Assembly (NCBI GenBank): GCA_028534125.1
Contig: CM052818.1
Coordinates: forward strand, 35,156,001 to 35,220,000
Direction: 5' to 3'
DNA: 64,000 nt
Origin: Lama glama
Taxonomy: Eukaryota
Shown here piece by piece: positions 59,133 to 64,000 of the stretch (its first letter is position 1; each line of letters opens with the position of its first letter). Position numbers and translations under genes: made by a program. Below the pieces are notes generated by a model, which made no database searches, was not told the DNA's origin, and saw only the letters and a program-made list of their open reading frames with translations.

Positions 59133-60979
59133 GTAAGTATATACCTGGAGATGGATATGAATTATACTGAAATGGAAACCTTGCTCTGAATTCTTTTGGA
59201 TCAAAACCAAATATCACCTAACATGAGCATTTAACCTTCTGGTTTTTACTTTACTTTTGGGGAACTTAAGACTTCCAGCTTTCAGCTCTTTAAATCACCA
59301 TAAATATCTGTGTGGAAACCTAGCTCCTGAGCCCTGAAGCCTGAGTACTGTAGCAGTCTCCACCAGGAAATGAATACATTGAAGAGTAATTAATTGTGCT
59401 GGGTCTAACAAGGTTCCCTTTTGTTGTATGTGTGTTCTTCCTTAAGTCAGCCAGTAGAGATCTTTTCTTCTCTACAACAATAATGCCCATAGAGGTTTTA
59501 AAAGCTAGTTTAAATAACAAGGAAATGAAAATCAACCTAATTCGGTATTTTTGTATTGAGAGAAAATTAGGAAACACAAGACTATACTCTATAAATAAAA
59601 CTAGTGTTTTATTTTTAGTTGAATATTCATGCTAAAGAAAAGAAAGCTAGAGAGGGACAAAAAAGCTGGAGAAATAGAGAAAGAAGGAAAATAAGGAGGA
59701 GGAACAACAAAAACTAATAATCAGCCTCTAAACCTATTAAATAAGCATATTCAGTGGACTCTGCTGGATAAAGTCAGTGGGTTTTTGACCATTAGTCTTT
59801 TTCAGGCGTTTGGAAGTTTTTCTGTTGGAATAGACATCCCTTTTCTTCTACCTACTCAAGCTACGTAGTTTGACTAAACGAGCTCTTAGGGTTCTTGATC
59901 TTTTCTTTCATTCAATAATTTTTAAAATGTTCATATTTATTGAAGTAATACATAGATTAAAAATTCATTAATACAGAAAAAATACAATAATACATACAAT
60001 GAAACGCAGCACATCCTCCCACCCTTCGTTGTGCTTTGTCTGGGTTTTAGATCTGCTAATGGATACTTTCGTATCTAAATAATGTATTTAGAGCACCGTT
60101 TCTTGATTTATCTGTTTTGGACATTACTCAGCTCCTGTGGTGTAAAGGACCAACCTCATATATAGCTCTACATATCAACCCACCTCAGCTTTTCATAATT
60201 TTATCACCCTTTTTAAAATTAGTTACCTTTGTAGTTTTAAATGTAATTCTTAAACCTCAAGTTTCTGTAACTTCTTTTGACTTCCACTATGTAAACTGAG
60301 GAACTGATTGCCTTCTGTCTACTTTTCCCTTCTCCTTTGGCCTCCTAATTTCTGCCATCTATGCCATTACTTTTGTATTGATAATATTTCTTTTCTCTCC
60401 TGTGATCATAACTGAGTCTTCTGAGATTTATTGAGGGCTAAATCTGAAAGTTGAAAACCAAACAACAGCTTTTGCAGTTAGTACCTTTCATTACGAAGCT
60501 GAATAGCGTGCCGTGGTTCTGTGTATCCTTTTGTTTAGTTCCTGTGTTGTGATCTCTGTGCGGTTCTCATCAGAATTCAGTGACATCTTCTTTCTTACAC
60601 ACCACGGATTGTAAACTGACTATACTTCAATTAAACAAAAAAGTAAAAGAATTTTTAAGAAGCATGCCTGTTGACTTTCTAAGTGGATTGGCTTTCTTGT
60701 ACTATTTTTGTGGTGGTTTTTCCTTTGATTTCCCATTGATTTCTTCTTGCTGGGAAAAGAAATATGCTTTTCCCCCCGCTGTGTTCCATAGTGGATTTTA
60801 CCTACTGTGTGTAATCCATTTTTTTTGAGGGGGGGGTGAAATTTGTTAACCTTTCCCCTTTTTTGATAGTGTTTTTTATTTGCAGTTTTTATTTAAAAAA
60901 AAAACAAAACCTTGCCTGCTCCAACATTGTAGTGGTTTTCTCTTTAAGTCTTGAGGATGCCCCTTTCCCATGTGTCTTT

Positions 60980-63640
60980 AAGTTATCTGAAATGGATTTT
61001 TGTGTATGGTGTAATGTAGAATATCTAATTCTCTTTTTCTCTCTCTCTTTGCATTTGAATAATAACTTGTCTCGGGGCCATTGATTGAATAATCCACCAT
61101 TTCCCCACTTAACTACAATGCTACCATTGTCATAAATGAAGTTCCCAAGTACCCATGGCCTGGTTTCTGGGCCCATTATTCTGTTCCTTTGGTCAAAATG
61201 TCTACCGCTATACCAATATCATACTATCTTAATTACTGTAAGGGATTAAGTAATCTTCTTCTTTAGGAACGTCTTGTCTATTCTTTGCCCTTTGCTCTTT
61301 CATATAAATTTTAGAATCAGCTTACTGAGTCCCTCATAAAATTTTGTTGGACTTTGATCAGAGATTCATTGAATCTAAAGATCAAACTGGGGAGAAAAAG
61401 ACATCTTTATAGTATTAAGTCTTCCATTTCCATAAATGTGTTATATCTTTCTGTTTATTTAAATACCCTTTTGTGCTATTTAGTAAAGCTTTATAATTTT
61501 CCTCAGAAAGGTCTTATGTATGTTAAATGAAATCTTTTGTACTTTACATTTGTTGTTGCTGTTGGAAACAGTACCTTTTCTCCTACAGTTACTTTGAGAT
61601 ATAATTTACATGCAGTAAAGGCTTCTACTTTAAGTGTACAAATCAGTGAGTTTTGGCAAATGTACACAGTCATGCAGACGGTACCTTTTTTGAATTACGT
61701 TGCTTAACAGTTTGTTGCTGGTGTAGGGAATGCACGTTGCTTTTGTATTTTAATTTACTGTGTAGTCATCGTGCATAAATTGCTCATAAATCTAGCTGTT
61801 TGTACTCAGATTCTTTTGGATTTTCTATAAATAATTATATCACCTGTAAATAATGATTGCCTTCTTTCTTCCCTCCAATTTTTTATACTTTTAAATATTA
61901 ATCATACTTTTTTTCTTTTGGTTTTATTATGCCAGCTAGAACCTCCAGTGCAATAGTGCATAGAAATGGTTAAATAGACATTCTTGCATATTACTAAATC
62001 CCAAGGAGAACGTTTTCAGCATTCATTTTAGTATGTTATTTGATGTAAGTTTTTTGTAGAAACTGTTTATCAGGTAGAAGAGGTTCCCTTTTATTCCTGG
62101 TTTGCTCAGGGTGCTTTCTTTTTGCCATGAATAGATGTCAAATTTTATCAAAGACTTTCTGCGTTGAGATGATAGTGTGATTTCTTTGTTCTATTAATGT
62201 AGTGAATTACATTAATTGTTTTTTTAAACAACCCTACATTCCTGGAATAAACATAAGTTGACCCTCCTTTTGATACACTGCTAGATTTCATTTGCTAATA
62301 TTATGTTTGGATTGTTTTCTATGTTAATAAGTTAGAGTGTCTTGTAATTTCCCTTGATTTGTTTTGTTTTGTTTTGTTTTAATGGCAAAGTTTGCCCAGT
62401 TTGCTATCTTCAAGAAGTTGAAGAGCAGTCTCTCTTTTATATGGAAGAGCTTGCTTAAGACTGGAATTATTTGCTCCTTATATTTTTGGGAAAATTTACC
62501 AATGAAGCTATCTGTGCCTAATGCCTTCTTAGTGAGAAGATTTTTAACTGTTAATTTCATTCAAAAAAACAACCATAAGACTATTTTTATTTTTTATTTA
62601 TTTTTGAGTCACTTTGGAACATTTTATAGATGTAGGAATTTGTCAATTCCATCTAAACTTTCAAAGTTATTGGCACAAAATTTATAATATTTTACCTGCA
62701 GTATGTGTGTTAAATAATATCTCTTTTTTGTCCCTACTCTCAGGTATTTATAGTTTGTTTTTTTTTTTCCTCAAAAAGTTTTACCATAGGTTTGCTCCAT
62801 CTTTTAGGCTTTCAGAGGACCAACTTTTGGTTTTGATGATTCTCTTATTGGATGTATATTTTTTTTAATTTCACGTATTTCTACCCTTTATTATTTCTTT
62901 TATTATAGATTCTTTGGGTTTATTTTGCTATTCTTTTTCTAACTTATTGAAAGATATGCTTCGCTTACTCATTTCAGGTTTTTTTCCCCCTCATATAAGC
63001 ATTTAAGGCTATAAATTTCTCTAAGCACTACCTAAGTCCAAGTTTTGTTATGTAATATTTAAAAATTGTTTAGTTCTAAATATCTTCCAAGTTCTGTTAT
63101 GGTTTCTTCTTTGGGAAGTATGCTTTCTTAATTTCCAAACATATGGGGGTTTTTCTAGTTGCCTTTTCATTATTAATTTCTAGTTTGTTGAGACATGCTT
63201 ATTATCTACTATATGATCAAGTTTTTGTTACGTTCCAAGTAAAGTTGAAAATGTTTATTCTGTGCTTGTTGGGTGCAGAGTTGATAGTGAATGAATGTAT
63301 GTCAGTTAGGTCAAATTTGTTAACCATGTTACTCAGATAGCCTTACTGACTTATTCAAAATTATACATATTTCTCTAAGAAATTGAAATTTTTTTCTTAT
63401 GTAGTGACTCTCTTTATTTTTAATTATTCTATTTGTTCTCAAGTCTGTTTTATCTGCTGGTAACATCTTTTAATATCTTATGCTAGTTATGTGCCTAGTA
63501 TAACTTTTCCCATGCTTTTTCTTTCGATTTTCTCAGTTGTCCTTAGGTTTTCAGTATGTTTCTTATAAATTGTAAGCTGGATTTTAAAAATGTAACGTAA
63601 CAACCTGTCTTAACTGGTGAGTTTAGTCCATTTAAATATA
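60980..63640 (-). mobile_element. Old LINE-1 ORF2 region, degenerate
   Basis: ttcatataaattttagaatcagctt, gctagaacctccagtgcaat, ttatcaggtagaagaggttccc, tttcagaggaccaacttttggtttt, gcatttaaggctataaatttc. Confidence 0.88.
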
Positions 63641-63835
63641 TTACATCATAATTATTATAATTAGTCATTTATTATAATCAAACTTGATTTATATAGTTAC
63701 AAAATTATAGTTATAAAATTATTTTATATATTTTTATATTTATTTTAAATAAAAATGTATTTTAAATAAAATATATTTTATATTATAGTTATACATTTAT
63801 ATTAAAATTATATAAATTATATAAAATTATATTTG
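63640..63835. repeat. AT-rich low-complexity tract
   Basis: Almost exclusively A/T. Confidence 0.85.
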
Positions 63836-64000
63836 GACCTTTTTCTATTCTCTTTTGTGCTATTTATAATATTTTTTATTCCCCTTTATTCACATATCCC
63901 ACTCTAGTTACCCTTTCCCCCATGGGTAACCATTCTTATGTACTTATTGTCTATCCTTTTATTAGTATCTGTTCTTGAAAACTATGAATTGTTTTGTATC

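Noticed and set aside
59131..59138. Tandem GT donors (GTGTAAGT)
   Set aside because: The second GT has a perfect GTAAGT consensus; the first is a poor match and would change the phase.
1..64000. Novel prokaryote-type system (CRISPR array, defence island, operon)
   Set aside because: This is mammalian intron-exon DNA, with no regular repeat-spacer array and no long ORFs.

Overview
Mammalian genomic DNA, almost certainly camelid (alpaca/llama/camel), judged from eight copies of a tRNA-derived SINE of the Vic-1 type. The window lies inside DTNB (beta-dystrobrevin) on the + strand. Seven internal coding exons (2388-2468, 5519-5732, 12469-12554, 22434-22588, 32322-32427, 35601-35767, 59008-59132; 934 nt) splice into one open frame encoding the EF-hand-like region and the ZZ zinc finger. 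The start and stop codons are outside the window. The rest is intron, dense with L1, L2, MIR, MaLR/ERV LTRs, hAT MITEs and microsatellites, plus one 500-N assembly gap. I see no prokaryote-type system and no second protein-coding gene, and no convincing new biological system. The most notable oddities are a non-canonical weak GC splice donor (AG|GCTAGT), a 44-bp foldback insertion with perfect 13-bp inverted ends and a 6-bp flanking duplication, a ~150-nt AG-free zone before the ZZ exon, and inverted SINE pairs bracketing exons. Repeat subfamily names and exon numbers come from memory, and repeat boundaries are approximate.
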